DNA of 64,000 nt from an uncultured Gemmatimonadaceae bacterium (GCA_963790305.1 CAWBOC010000009.1:128001-192000); one strand, 5' to 3'. Counted from the stretch's first letter, positions 1 through 9,496 are shown. The notes: a model not told the origin generated them from the sequence alone. Numbers and translations: made by a program.

Positions 1-350
1 CGCAACGAGATGCGCCCCCAGTGATTCGTGCGTCCGCCGAGCATCCGCGCGCGCCACCAGTCGAAGGTCGTCCCTTCCGCGCGGGTGTAGGGCTCGCCCT
101 CGACCTCCCACCCACCATCACACGCGTCGAACTCACCAAACGGACGCAGTCGCGTTGCACCGCCACGTCTCGGCGACGCGTAGTTCGGGAGAAGCATCGT
201 CGAGTTCTTCGTACTCCACCATTCGGGTCCGGCCTCGAGCATGACGACGCGAGCCCCGGCGCGCGTAAGCGCGTACGCCGTCATCCCGCCCCCGGCACCG
301 GAGCCGATGATGCAGACGTCGAATGACTGTCGAGCTGCGGATTGAAGCAC
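1..350 (-). CDS. GMC-family FAD oxidoreductase, N-terminal part (runs off window)
   Basis: Manual translation from GTG 350: FDVCIIGSGAGGG (GxGxxG FAD fold), VVMLEAG, RARMLGGRTNHWG. Absent from the ORF track because it is truncated. Confidence 0.85.
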   Translation of the reverse strand, partial: MLQSAARQSFDVCIIGSGAGGGMTAYALTRAGARVVMLEAGPEWWSTKNSTMLLPNYASPRRGGATRLRPFGEFDACDGGWEVEGEPYTRAEGTTFDWWRARMLGGRTNHWGRISL

Positions 351-363
351 AGGATGCCTATGT

Positions 364-441
364 GGTCGAGGTCGTCGAGGATGTCGAGGTCATCGAGGTG
401 AAGTCGCCTCGATCACCTGGACGACCTCGACGACCTCGACC
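364..441. repeat. Inverted 9-nt tandem-repeat hairpin (GTCGAGGTC x4 / GACCTCGAC x4)
   Basis: gtcgaggtc gtcgaggat gtcgaggtc atcgaggtg ... cacctggac gacctcgac gacctcgac; intergenic. Confidence 0.85.
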
Positions 442-452
442 GCCTCTGCACT

Positions 453-1310
453 TCACCACCTCAGCTGCGCCAAATACTGATAGCTCGCCCGCACCATCTC
501 GAGCGGATTCGCCGGCTCGTCCTGCTCCACGAACGCATGGCGGATTCCGGCCTGCTCGCGCCGCGAGAAGATCTTCGCGAAGTCGATCGTGCCCTTGCCG
601 ACGTCGACCTGGCGGTGCTCCGGGGCACCGGCGGAATCCTTCACGTGCACGAGATGGACGCGGCCGGGGTAGCGCGAGATGTACGTCAGCGGGTCGGCCC
701 CTCCCTTCGTGACCCAGTAGAGATCGAGCTCGAAGATCACGAGGTTGGGGTCAGTACGATCGAAGAGCACGTCGAGGGGCACGCTTCCGCCCATCGCGCC
801 GAGCTCGAAATCGTGGTTGTGGTAGCCGAGCCGCATCCCTGCCGCTCGCACCTTTTCACCGAAGCGGTTGAGCTCCTCGGCGAGACGCCGATAGTCGTCG
901 ATCGAGCGCCGCTCGGCCGGGGCGAGCCAGGGCACCACGAGATACTGATGGCCAACCGTTTTCGCCTCGGCGATGGCGCCGTCCGTGTCACGACGAAACG
1001 CCTCGATCGGCACGTGCGATGCGGGCGCGGCGAGACCCAGCCGCGTGAGTATCGCTCGCACGTCGGCCGGAGACCTCCCGTGGTATCCGGCGAACTCCAC
1101 CTCGCGATACCCAATCTCGGCGATGCGAGAGAGCGTCCCCTCAAAATCGCGGGCGAGATCGTTTCGCACCGTGTACAGCTGAACGCCCACCCGCTCGAGT
1201 CGCTGGGTGGATTGGCTGTTGCCCACACGCGAGCACGCGGCCCCGAGCAGCGCGGCTCCAAGCGTGGAGACGAACGAGCGTCGGTCGGTCATGGCGGAGA
1301 AGGTGGACAT
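453..1310 (-). CDS. Sugar phosphate isomerase/epimerase (xylose isomerase-like TIM barrel), probable Tat export
   Basis: DRRSFV twin-arginine signal; GVQLYTVR, YHNHDFE, FELDLYW, HVKD and FVEQD motifs. Start could be 1292. Confidence 0.85.
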   Translation of the reverse strand: MSTFSAMTDRRSFVSTLGAALLGAACSRVGNSQSTQRLERVGVQLYTVRNDLARDFEGTLSRIAEIGYREVEFAGYHGRSPADVRAILTRLGLAAPASHVPIEAFRRDTDGAIAEAKTVGHQYLVVPWLAPAERRSIDDYRRLAEELNRFGEKVRAAGMRLGYHNHDFELGAMGGSVPLDVLFDRTDPNLVIFELDLYWVTKGGADPLTYISRYPGRVHLVHVKDSAGAPEHRQVDVGKGTIDFAKIFSRREQAGIRHAFVEQDEPANPLEMVRASYQYLAQLRW

Positions 1311-1402
1311 AAGGCGCTAGAGGCGCTAGAGGCGCTAAAGGCGCCAAAGGCGCTGAACGCCGACCCAGCGCCTCTAGCGCCTCTAGCGCCCTTAGCGCCC
1401 TT
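1311..1402. repeat. Inverted 9-nt tandem-repeat hairpin (AGGCGCTAG x5 / CTAGCGCCT x4)
   Basis: Directly visible between divergent genes; same unit family as 24935-25020. Confidence 0.85.
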
Positions 1403-1442
1403 CCCGCCCTTCACTATCTTTCCCCGACCCTCAACCCGACCC

Positions 1443-3665
1443 ATGGCCTCGATCACGCGCGCCGAGCTCGACTATCGTCCGTCCTACCTCGCTGCCGCCG
1501 CAACGGCGAGCGCGGTGATGATTCTGTATCTCATCACGCTATCGCCCTCGACGGCCATGTGGGATGCCAGCGAGTACATCGCCGCGGCCTACGTGATGGG
1601 GCTGCCCCATCCGCCGGGCAATCCCCTGTTCGTGATCCTGGGACGCTTCTTCGCCATTCTCCCGATCGCCCCGACCGTCGCCCAGCGCATCAACATCCTG
1701 GCCGCCTTGACGAGCGCGATCTCGGCCGGAATGTGGTTCCTCATTACCGAGCGCGTCCTCGTGGGCTGGCTCGCCGATCGCTGGGAGCGCATTGCCGCTG
1801 GCGTCGCCGCAGCGGTCATCGGAGCGACGGCGTTTACGGTCTGGAACCAGTCGGTCGTGAACGAAAAGGTCTACACGATCTCGCTGCTCGGCCTCGCGGT
1901 GATTTCGTGGCTCACCGTCCGCTGGTCCGACGATCCCGACGCGCCGGGCGCCAACCGGCTCCTCATTCTCATCGCGTACATCCTCGGCCTGGGCTACGCG
2001 AACCACATGATGGGCTTTCTCGCCGCTCCGGCGGTGGCGATCGCGGTGATCATGCGCCGCCCGCAACTTCTGCTCGATTGGAAGCTGCTCGCGCTCTGCG
2101 CCGGTGCGCTGGTCCTCGGAATGACGCCGTTCCTCACGCAGCCCATTCGATCGGCATTCAATCCGCCCATCAACGAGGGAGAGCCGACCAGCTGGCAGGC
2201 GTTCTGGGACAACTTCAACCGGAAGCAGTACGGGAAGCCGAGCGTGGTCGAGCGCCAGGCGCCCATCACCGGGCAGGTCGGGATGTACTGGCTCTATTTC
2301 CGTTGGCAGTGGCTGCGCGATCTCAATGGGAACTGGCGCATCGCGCAGCAAGTCCTCGGTGTGCTGTTCATGGGACTCGGCCTCCTCGGAGCGTGGGTGC
2401 ACTGGAAGCGCGATCGTCGCTCCTTCTGGTACTTCGGCACCTTCATGCTCACGCTCACGGTGCTGCTGATCTACTACTTGAACTTCAAGTTCGGCTTCTC
2501 GCAGAACCAGCCGACCGAGCTCAGCGAAGTGCGCGATCGAGATTACTTCTATCTCATCTCCTTCAGCGCCTGGGGCGTCTGGGCCGCACTCGGCCTCGTC
2601 TACATCTGGGAGGCGATCGCCCACCTGATCGGCTCGGAACGGCTCAAGGTGGGCCGTGACGTCGTGGAGCTGCCGCGTCGCCGCTCATGGTTGCTGGCGA
2701 GCCCGATACTCGCGCTCGCGCTCATTCCACTTTTCACCAACTGGACGGCGGCCTCGCGCGCCGGTCATACCGACACGGCCGATTTCGCGCACGACATGCT
2801 CAATTCCATTGAGCCGTATGGCGTGCTCGTGACCGTGGGCGACAACGACACCTTTCCGCTCTGGTACGCGCAGGAGGTCGAAGGCATCCGCAAGGACGTC
2901 GTCGTCGCCAACACCTCGCTGCTGAATACCGATTGGTACGTTCGCCAGATCATTCGTCGTCCCGTGTTCGAGTACGATATGGACAGCGGGCCGGCGATCT
3001 ATCGCGGCAAGCAGTGGACGAAGCCGAACGGTCCGCCCGTCAGCCTGACGATCGAACAGGCGGACGCGCTGCCGCCATATGTGGAAATCCGCGAGCCGCA
3101 GATCTTCCGGAAAGGAACCCTCGTGGCGACGGTGCAGCCACAGGTGCTCGACAAGGCCAGCGTGCTCGTCTTGAAGATGATCGCCGACGCGTTCCCGGAG
3201 CGTCCCATCTACCTGGCGCGTACATCGGGCAGCTACGGGCGGTCGTTAGGCCTGGACCCGTATCTCATTCAGCAGGGGCTTGCCCGCAAGCTATTGCCGG
3301 CGATTCCAACCCCGGATCCCGATACCGTGATGCTCCAGGGCGAAGGCTGGTTCGACCTCCCGCGGTCCCGCGCACTCTGGACCGAAGTGTTCAAGGCTCC
3401 AAAGTCGATCATCAAGCGCGGGAACTGGGTCGACCGCGCCTCGGTGGGCATTCCCTATCTGTACATCTCCACGGCGGCCAATCTGTACGAGGCGGAGATG
3501 ATGGCCGGCAATCGCGCCGGCGGCGAGCACGTGATGGTGACGGCGGAGGGGATCGCGCGGGCGACGGGATTGGGGGATCTCTTCGCGCAGCAGGCGCCCC
3601 CCGCACCGCCGCGTGGGGACACGGCTCCCGTGATACCGTTAGGCACCGATACGACGCGTCGGTGA
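1443..3665 (+). CDS. DUF2723 multi-pass membrane protein (GT-C glycosyltransferase-like, TMEM260 family)
   Basis: WDASEYIAAAYVMGLPHPPGNPLF, VRDRDYFY and GDNDTFPLWYAQEVEG motifs; many TM segments. The track ORF from 537 is an overextension. Confidence 0.8.
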   Translation: MASITRAELDYRPSYLAAAATASAVMILYLITLSPSTAMWDASEYIAAAYVMGLPHPPGNPLFVILGRFFAILPIAPTVAQRINILAALTSAISAGMWFLITERVLVGWLADRWERIAAGVAAAVIGATAFTVWNQSVVNEKVYTISLLGLAVISWLTVRWSDDPDAPGANRLLILIAYILGLGYANHMMGFLAAPAVAIAVIMRRPQLLLDWKLLALCAGALVLGMTPFLTQPIRSAFNPPINEGEPTSWQAFWDNFNRKQYGKPSVVERQAPITGQVGMYWLYFRWQWLRDLNGNWRIAQQVLGVLFMGLGLLGAWVHWKRDRRSFWYFGTFMLTLTVLLIYYLNFKFGFSQNQPTELSEVRDRDYFYLISFSAWGVWAALGLVYIWEAIAHLIGSERLKVGRDVVELPRRRSWLLASPILALALIPLFTNWTAASRAGHTDTADFAHDMLNSIEPYGVLVTVGDNDTFPLWYAQEVEGIRKDVVVANTSLLNTDWYVRQIIRRPVFEYDMDSGPAIYRGKQWTKPNGPPVSLTIEQADALPPYVEIREPQIFRKGTLVATVQPQVLDKASVLVLKMIADAFPERPIYLARTSGSYGRSLGLDPYLIQQGLARKLLPAIPTPDPDTVMLQGEGWFDLPRSRALWTEVFKAPKSIIKRGNWVDRASVGIPYLYISTAANLYEAEMMAGNRAGGEHVMVTAEGIARATGLGDLFAQQAPPAPPRGDTAPVIPLGTDTTRR

Positions 3666-3715
3666 GGCGTGGCGGGGCCTCCCGCGAGGTGCGAGGCGTC
3701 ACTAGATTTCCAGGC

Positions 3716-3801
3716 GGAGGGCTAGACCTAATTGGTAAGGCACCGGTCTTGAAAACCGGCGGGCTTCACCGCCCTTGTGGGTTCGAGTCCCACGCCCTCC
3801 G
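3716..3801 (+). tRNA. tRNA-Ser (anticodon TGA)
   Basis: Acceptor stem GGAGGGC/GCCCTCC, anticodon arm CCGGT-CTTGAAA-ACCGG, long variable arm, GGTTCGAGTCC T-arm; CCA not encoded. Confidence 0.9.
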
Positions 3802-3824
3802 TTGTGTCGTGACGTGGTCGTTGC

Positions 3825-3853
3825 TTGACTGGCCAACCTGACATCTCTACGTT
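3825..3853 (+). promoter_or_regulatory. Sigma70-type promoter for the leader-mgsA-amtB-glnK transcript
   Basis: TTGACT-17 bp-TACGTT. Confidence 0.6.
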
Positions 3854-3859
3854 GCATTC

Positions 3860-3946
3860 ATGACCCGCGTCTCGACCCGCACCAATCCGCAGCCCATGAT
3901 CCTCGTCCTGAAGTCCCTGGGGACGGGATCACGCACGCGCGGATAA
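3860..3946 (+). CDS. Putative leaderless leader peptide MTRVSTRTNPQPMILVLKSLGTGSRTRG
   Basis: ATG lies 6 nt after the -10 box; contains an Ile-Leu-Val-Leu run; followed by a terminator-like hairpin. Confidence 0.5.
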   Translation: MTRVSTRTNPQPMILVLKSLGTGSRTRG

Positions 3947-3972
3947 CGGGTCGACGTTGGTCGTTCGCAGGT

Positions 3973-4015
3973 CTCGCCCCCGCGCTCCTCACCGACGCGG
4001 GGGCGAGTCGTTGTT
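3973..4015 (+). terminator. Attenuator/terminator-like hairpin
   Basis: Perfect 12-bp stem CTCGCCCCCGCG / CGCGGGGGCGAG followed by TCGTTGTT (weak U tract). Confidence 0.55.
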
Positions 4016-4039
4016 GGTGACTTACACCTTCGAGGTCCC

Positions 4040-4549
4040 ATGGTCACGAGCAGATTGAGCGCGACGGACGGCCGTCCTCCACGACGACGATCGGTGCGAA
4101 TGCACGAGGTGAAGCGCATCGCACTCATCGCCCACGACAACTGCAAGGACGACTTGCTCGACTGGGCGCGGTATAACCGCGGAACGCTCGCCGCGCATGA
4201 GCTATTCGCCACCGGGACCACCGGCGAAGTGCTCGGGTCGGAGCTCGATCTCAACATCACGCGATTCTTCAGCGGCCCGCTCGGCGGAGATCAGCAGGTG
4301 GGCGCCGGCATCGCCGAGGGACGGATTGACTTCGTGATCTTTTTCTGGGATCCTCTCGAGCCGCATCCGCACGACGTCAATGTCAAGGCGCTCCTGCGCA
4401 TCGCCGTGGTCTACAACATCCCGATCGCGTGCACCCGCGCCTCGGCGGACTTCATGTTGTCCTCGCCGCTGATGCGGGAAGAGTACGAGCGGCTGATCAC
4501 CGATCCCACTGAAAAGGTGAGGCGCCTTACGCCCTCAGGCCTTCCTTGA
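4040..4549 (+). CDS. mgsA: Methylglyoxal synthase
   Basis: IALIAHD, ATGTTG, SGPLGGDQQ and FFWDPLEPHPHDV motifs; start 4040 or 4100. Confidence 0.95.
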   Translation: MVTSRLSATDGRPPRRRSVRMHEVKRIALIAHDNCKDDLLDWARYNRGTLAAHELFATGTTGEVLGSELDLNITRFFSGPLGGDQQVGAGIAEGRIDFVIFFWDPLEPHPHDVNVKALLRIAVVYNIPIACTRASADFMLSSPLMREEYERLITDPTEKVRRLTPSGLP

Positions 4550-5835
4550 TGCTCCTTCCCGTTCAGGCCGGCGCGCCGACCGAGATGAGCGCGCCGGACA
4601 CGGTCTGGATGCTCGTCGCCACGGCGCTCGTGCTGCTCATGACGCCGGCCCTCGGCTTCTTCTACGGGGGGCTCGTACGGGCGAAGAATGCGCTCAACAC
4701 GATGATGATGAGCATCGCGGCGTTAGGTGTGGCGGGGATCGTCTGGGCTCTGCTCGGCTACTCCCTCGCGTTCGCCGAGGGGAGTGGGTTCATCGGAGGT
4801 ACGAGCTACGCGTTCCTGCGCGGCGTCGGGCTGGAGACGCGAGGGACGATTCCCCACCTGCTCTTCATGGCGTATCAGGGGACGTTCGCCATCATCACCG
4901 CCGCGCTCATCTCCGGCGCGATCGTCGAGCGGAAGCGATTCGGGCCCTATCTCATCTTCGTCGCGTTGTGGACCCTTGGCGTCTACGCGCCGGTAGCGCA
5001 TTGGGTGTGGGGCGGCGGATGGCTCAGCCGTCTCGGGGTGCTCGACTACGCCGGTGGCACCGTGGTCCACGTCAACGCCGGCACGGCCGCTCTCGTGGCG
5101 GCAATCCTGCTTCGGCCGCGAAAGGACTATGCACGCCAGGCCCTTCTCCCGCACAACGTGCCGTACGTCATTCTCGGCGCTGCGTTGCTCTGGTTTGGCT
5201 GGTTCGGGTTCAACGGCGGAAGCGCGTTAGGCGTGAACAACGGGGCCGTGCTGGCGTTCGTCAATACGATGTTTGCTCCGGCCGCGACGCTGCTGGCCTG
5301 GATGCTGATCGATCTCGCGCGAACCAAGCGGACGACGGCGGTGGGCGCCGCGACGGGAATCGTCGTCGGCCTCGTTGCCATCACGCCGGCCGCGGGATTC
5401 GTGACACCGCGCGCCGCAATGGCGATCGGCGCGCTCGCCGCGCTTCCGTCCTACTTCGGCATCCTCTATCGCTCGAGGACGCGGCTCGACGATTCACTCG
5501 ACGTCGTCGCCGCGCACGGGCTCGGCGGCGCAACGGGGGCGCTGCTCACTGGCGTATTCGCGACCGCGGCCGCCGGTGGAACCGATGGATTGCTCGCCGG
5601 GAATCCCCGACAGGTCCTCGTGCAAGCGCTCGGCATCGCCGCCGCCGTGCTCTACAGTGGCGTGGCAACCGTGGTGCTGCTCAAGGTGATCGGACTGGCA
5701 ATGCCCCTTCGCAGCCACGGGCGCGATGAAGCAATCGGGATGGACATCACCCAACATGGCGAGGAGGCCTACACGCACGGCGAAGGCGCCGTTCTGCTCG
5801 TGCAAGGGGCCACGACACCGGAGAATCACCCATGA
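4546..5835 (+). CDS. amtB: Ammonium transporter
   Basis: LLMTPALGFFYGG, LDYAGGTVVH, WFGWFGFNGGS and DDSLDVVAAHG (twin His). Confidence 0.97.
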   Translation: MMLLPVQAGAPTEMSAPDTVWMLVATALVLLMTPALGFFYGGLVRAKNALNTMMMSIAALGVAGIVWALLGYSLAFAEGSGFIGGTSYAFLRGVGLETRGTIPHLLFMAYQGTFAIITAALISGAIVERKRFGPYLIFVALWTLGVYAPVAHWVWGGGWLSRLGVLDYAGGTVVHVNAGTAALVAAILLRPRKDYARQALLPHNVPYVILGAALLWFGWFGFNGGSALGVNNGAVLAFVNTMFAPAATLLAWMLIDLARTKRTTAVGAATGIVVGLVAITPAAGFVTPRAAMAIGALAALPSYFGILYRSRTRLDDSLDVVAAHGLGGATGALLTGVFATAAAGGTDGLLAGNPRQVLVQALGIAAAVLYSGVATVVLLKVIGLAMPLRSHGRDEAIGMDITQHGEEAYTHGEGAVLLVQGATTPENHP

Positions 5836-6203
5836 AGCTCATTATCGCGATCGTGCGCCCCGAGCAGGCGAACGAAGTGCTCGAAGCACTGTTCCGCGCC
5901 GAGGTCCGCGGGCTTACCGTCTCCCGCGTGCAGGGGCATGGCGGCGAGCTCGAGCGCGTGGAGACCTATCGGGGAACGACAGTGAAGATGGAGCTCCAGG
6001 ACAAGGTGCGCTTCGAGATCGGCGTCTCGAACCACTTCGTCGAGCCAACGGTGCGCGCGATCATGAGCTCGGCGAGAACGGGAGAGGTTGGTGACGGCAA
6101 GATCTTCGTGCTGCCGGTCGAGCGGGTGCACCGCATCCGGACCGGGGAAGTGGATGAGGGAGCCGTTACACCGTTGGCGGAGACCGGCGAGTCCGCGGTT
6201 TAG
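5832..6203 (+). CDS. glnK: P-II nitrogen regulatory protein (GlnK type, amtB-linked)
   Basis: MKLIIAIVRP, TYRG T-loop, TGEVGDGKIFV, RIRTGE; ATGA overlap with amtB. Confidence 0.93.
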   Translation: MKLIIAIVRPEQANEVLEALFRAEVRGLTVSRVQGHGGELERVETYRGTTVKMELQDKVRFEIGVSNHFVEPTVRAIMSSARTGEVGDGKIFVLPVERVHRIRTGEVDEGAVTPLAETGESAV

Positions 6204-6225
6204 GCGTCAGGCGCGACGTTCAATT

Positions 6226-6322
6226 GCATCACCACAGAGGCACAGAGGGCACAGAGAAACGGCGAACTGCCGACTGAGCAGTTCGCCGTTTCTCTGTGCC
6301 CTCTGTGCCTCTGTGGTGATGC
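6226..6322. repeat. Perfect 45-bp inverted repeat with CACAGAGG(G) units and a 7-nt loop; probable bidirectional terminator
   Basis: 6226-6270 is the exact reverse complement of 6278-6322; lies between convergent genes. Confidence 0.9.
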
Positions 6323-6344
6323 CGTTAGGCCCACCGCGAGAATC

Positions 6345-9120
6345 CTATTCCTCGTCGGACTTCCTCGGCGCCTCTCCACTCCTCTTCCGGCTCAGGAACG
6401 GAATGCGAGAGTACTCGTAGGTGGCCCGCACCGACCAGAACGCACCGTTGAATCCATAGGGCGTGAGGCCGTTGTACAGGTAGATGCCACGAGTCTGGTT
6501 AGGCGTAATGTTCGTGTCCGGATAGACGTCGAAGATGTTCGTCCCGCTCAACGCCAGCGAGAACTGACTCGTCAGCTTGTACGACAGCGAGAGGTCGGTG
6601 ATCCACTTGGGCTGGAAAACCTGGTCGTTCGCCGGGTTGGTTTGGCTCGGCCGGCTCACGACCTTTCCGTAACGGCTCGTGTGCAGCATGAGCCCGAAGC
6701 GGTTGAGATCGTACGTCGACGTCAGGGAGATCCGGTTGCGAGGCTGCCCCTCCTCGAGGCGGGAACGCTCGGTACGGTCGAACAAGGCGGCGCTGACCGC
6801 CGCGAGCTGCGGTGGTGTCGGATCGACCTGAAGAACCTTGGTTCGGTTCTCATTGAACCCGGCGGTGAGCCGCACCAGCCCCTTCGTGTTCAAATCGACC
6901 GCCAGGCTGGCCACAATGTCGAGCCCGTTCGTGCGCGTGTTGATGGCGTTCGTGAAGTAGCGCGCACCGCTCACGCCGACGATGCCGTTGTCCTCCAGCA
7001 GATTGGCCACCGTCGAGTCGATGAAGTTGCCGGAGAGCACGATACGATCATCGATGTTGACCCGGTACCAGTCTGCCGTCAGTGAGAAGAAGCGAACCGG
7101 ATTGAACGTGATGCCGGCACTGACGCCCTCCGACTCCTCGGGCTTGAGCGGGACGGCACCCAGCAGCCGGCCGCCAGGGCTCCCGACGGCGAAGGTGCGG
7201 ATCTCGAACGGTGTGCTCACCCCGCTCACGATGATGAAGTTGGTCGACACCGCCGAGAAGTACGACTGACCAAGGGATGGCGCTCGAAATCCGGTTTGCA
7301 TCGCGCCGCGAACGGCCAGCCCGCGCAGGAGCTCGTACCGGAGGGCCGCCTTCACATCCGTCGTGCTTCCGAAATCGCTGTACCGCTCGGCGCGCCCGGC
7401 GACGCTGAGGAGCAGCTGGTCGGTGGGAGACAGCTCGAGATCGACGTAACCCGCGACGTTGTTGCGCGACGCGTCGGTCTCGTCTTCCGGCCGGAAGCCG
7501 GGGAAGACCTGCGCAAAGGGCGCCGCGGGGCGTCCGGCGTTAGGCCCATCCAGAATGTTGAAGGGCCCGACGCGGAAGGAGTTTTCATCGCCGCGCTCGA
7601 GCTTGAAGTTGTCACGGCGGAACTCGGCGCCGACCGCGACGTTCAGGAGACCGATTCCCGTACCGAACTGGCGCGTGATGTCCCCGTTGAACGTCATTCT
7701 GATTGAAGCGGAGCGCACCCGCGTAGAAGTCACGCGGGCTCGTGGTTCCCATCGACGTGTTGACGCTGTTGTGCACGCCGAATTCGAATCCGTTTTGGCC
7801 GTACACACCGCCGAGGTCCCAGCTCCATCCCGAGACGACTCCACGAACACCCGCGGCAAGCGACGCATCCGCGATGTCGCTGCTGATCAGCGGGAGAAAG
7901 CCGTTCGGATAATACTGGGCGTTACGGACGGTGCGATCGTCGAACGCCCGACGGAAGAAGCCGGCGGCGATGCCTTCACGCTGGGTGTAGCCGCCAAAGC
8001 CGTAGAACTCCATCCCGTTTCCGAATGGAAGCGACGTGTTCGCGAAGAGACCCCAATCGCGCGTTCCGGCGTCTCCCTGCCAGCTCTCCCGCGGACCCTC
8101 CACGCAACCCGGAACCGGTGACGTCCAGCCCGTCGAGGGAGAGGTGCACTGCGGCGTGACATCGGGCCGCGCGCGGTTCGTGCTATCGCGGTCGCGGAAC
8201 TCCGCGCTGAAATGGAGCACGCCATTGTTGGCGAATCCCACGCCGTAGTTGCCCTGGGCCTGCATGACGCGACCGTCGCCTTCGGTGGTCTGACCGAGAC
8301 TCGCCGAGAGCGAGCGATGGGCGTCGGAACGCAGCACGACGTTGATGACGCCCGCGATCGCGTCCGAACCGTACTGTGCCGCCGCGCCATCTCGAAGGAT
8401 CTCAATGCGCTCGATGGCGCTTACCGGAATTGCGTTGAGGTCCACGCTCGTCGAGCCGCGACCAACCGAGCCGTTCACGTGCACCAGCGCCGTGGTGTGG
8501 CGACGCTTGCCGTTGACGAGCACCAGCACCTGATCGGGCCCCAGACCGCGAAGGGTCGCCGGGCGCACGTGATCGGTGCCGTCATTCACCGACGGTCGTG
8601 GAAAATTGAACGACGGCGCGAGCATTCGGATGACCTGGCTCGTCTCCGTCAATCCGGTGTTCTGCAAATCCTCGGCGGACAGCACGTCGATCGGAACCGG
8701 GGCCTCGACCGCCGTACGATCGGGGCGGCGCGAGCCCACGACGACAATTTGATCGAGCGACAGTCCCGTTTGATCGAGACGGAAATCCTTCGTCACCGTG
8801 ACGGCGGCATTGACGATCACCGAGTCGCGCCCAGCGGCGTATCCGATGCGAGACACGCGAAGCTCGTAGCGCCCGGGGGCGATCACGAGACGATAGGTCC
8901 CATCGGTGCGCGTCATCACTCCAACCGTCGATCCGACCACGCGCACCTGCGCGTCGGCGATCGGGTTGCCTGACGAGACATCGGTGACGCGGCCCGTGAC
9001 GGTTCCCATCGACTGGGCCGCCGCGGTCGCCGACGCCGCGAGAAGAAGCCCGATCGACGTCGCCAGACGACGCCCTACGGCGGGGATTGTGAACCTTCGC
9101 GAAACGACGTGTGCGGACAT
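6345..9120 (-). CDS. TonB-dependent receptor with N-terminal carboxypeptidase-regulatory-like domain (one frameshift near 7697)
   Basis: Signal peptide, GTVTGRVTD, plug LRGLGPDQVLVLVNGKR and IERIEILRDGAAAQYGSDAIAGVIN; barrel GFRAPSL and NIFDVYP in the adjacent frame. Confidence 0.88.
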
Positions 9121-9338
9121 GCGCCTGCCTCCGAATGCGGGAGCGTGAGGAGTGCGGGGATGAACGTGCAACGCGCCATGACGGCGCGGCGGTTCCATGC
9201 GTCGCGGCGTCGGACCCGTGCGTGCCGCGGAGCGAGTAAGGCGGTGGGCTTTTCGCGCTGAATCATACTGCCACTCGCCGAACGGGGGGTCAAGCGGGGG
9301 CGGTCCGTGCGGAATGCGTACACGATGATGTCATCGCG

Positions 9339-9368
9339 TTGACTGCGCATCTCGACCGCCGTTAGATT
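9339..9368 (+). promoter_or_regulatory. Probable sigma70 promoter for tRNA-Ser/gltX
   Basis: TTGACT-18 bp-TAGATT, 22 nt before the tRNA. Confidence 0.45.
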
Positions 9369-9390
9369 TGGTGTCCGCCGCGGCGGACCT

Positions 9391-9481
9391 GGAGAGGTGG
9401 CCGAGAGGCTGAAGGCGGCGGTTTGCTAAACCGTTATAGGGTTGAAAAGCCCTATCGAGGGTTCGAATCCCTCCCTCTCCG
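9391..9481 (+). tRNA. tRNA-Ser (anticodon GCT)
   Basis: GGAGAGG/CCTCTCC acceptor, GCGGT-TTGCTAA-ACCGT anticodon arm, long variable arm, GGTTCGAATCC. Confidence 0.96.
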
Positions 9482-9496
9482 TTGCGACGTGATCTC

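Noticed and set aside
537..1442. N-terminal 302 codons of the 1042-aa track ORF
   Set aside because: Antisense shadow of the sugar isomerase plus translated repeat (ALEALEA/PLAPLAP); family similarity starts at ATG 1443.
3723..3742. Irregular D-stem of tRNA-Ser(TGA) as a pseudo-tRNA or tRNA-Sec
   Set aside because: The anticodon is TGA, not TCA, the acceptor stem is 7 bp, and the other arms are intact. One irregular base could be natural or a read error.
9121..9330. Cobalamin/TPP riboswitch or sigma54 promoter upstream of the TonB receptor
   Set aside because: No recognisable aptamer core. TGGCGCG-TTGCA has the wrong spacing for -24/-12, and the TTGACC/TATGAT pair is 20 bp apart.
3716..9481. 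Genomic island between the two tRNA-Ser genes
   Set aside because: Both are complete, different isoacceptors. The shared CTCCGTTG is too short for an att site, and there is no integrase or obvious composition shift.
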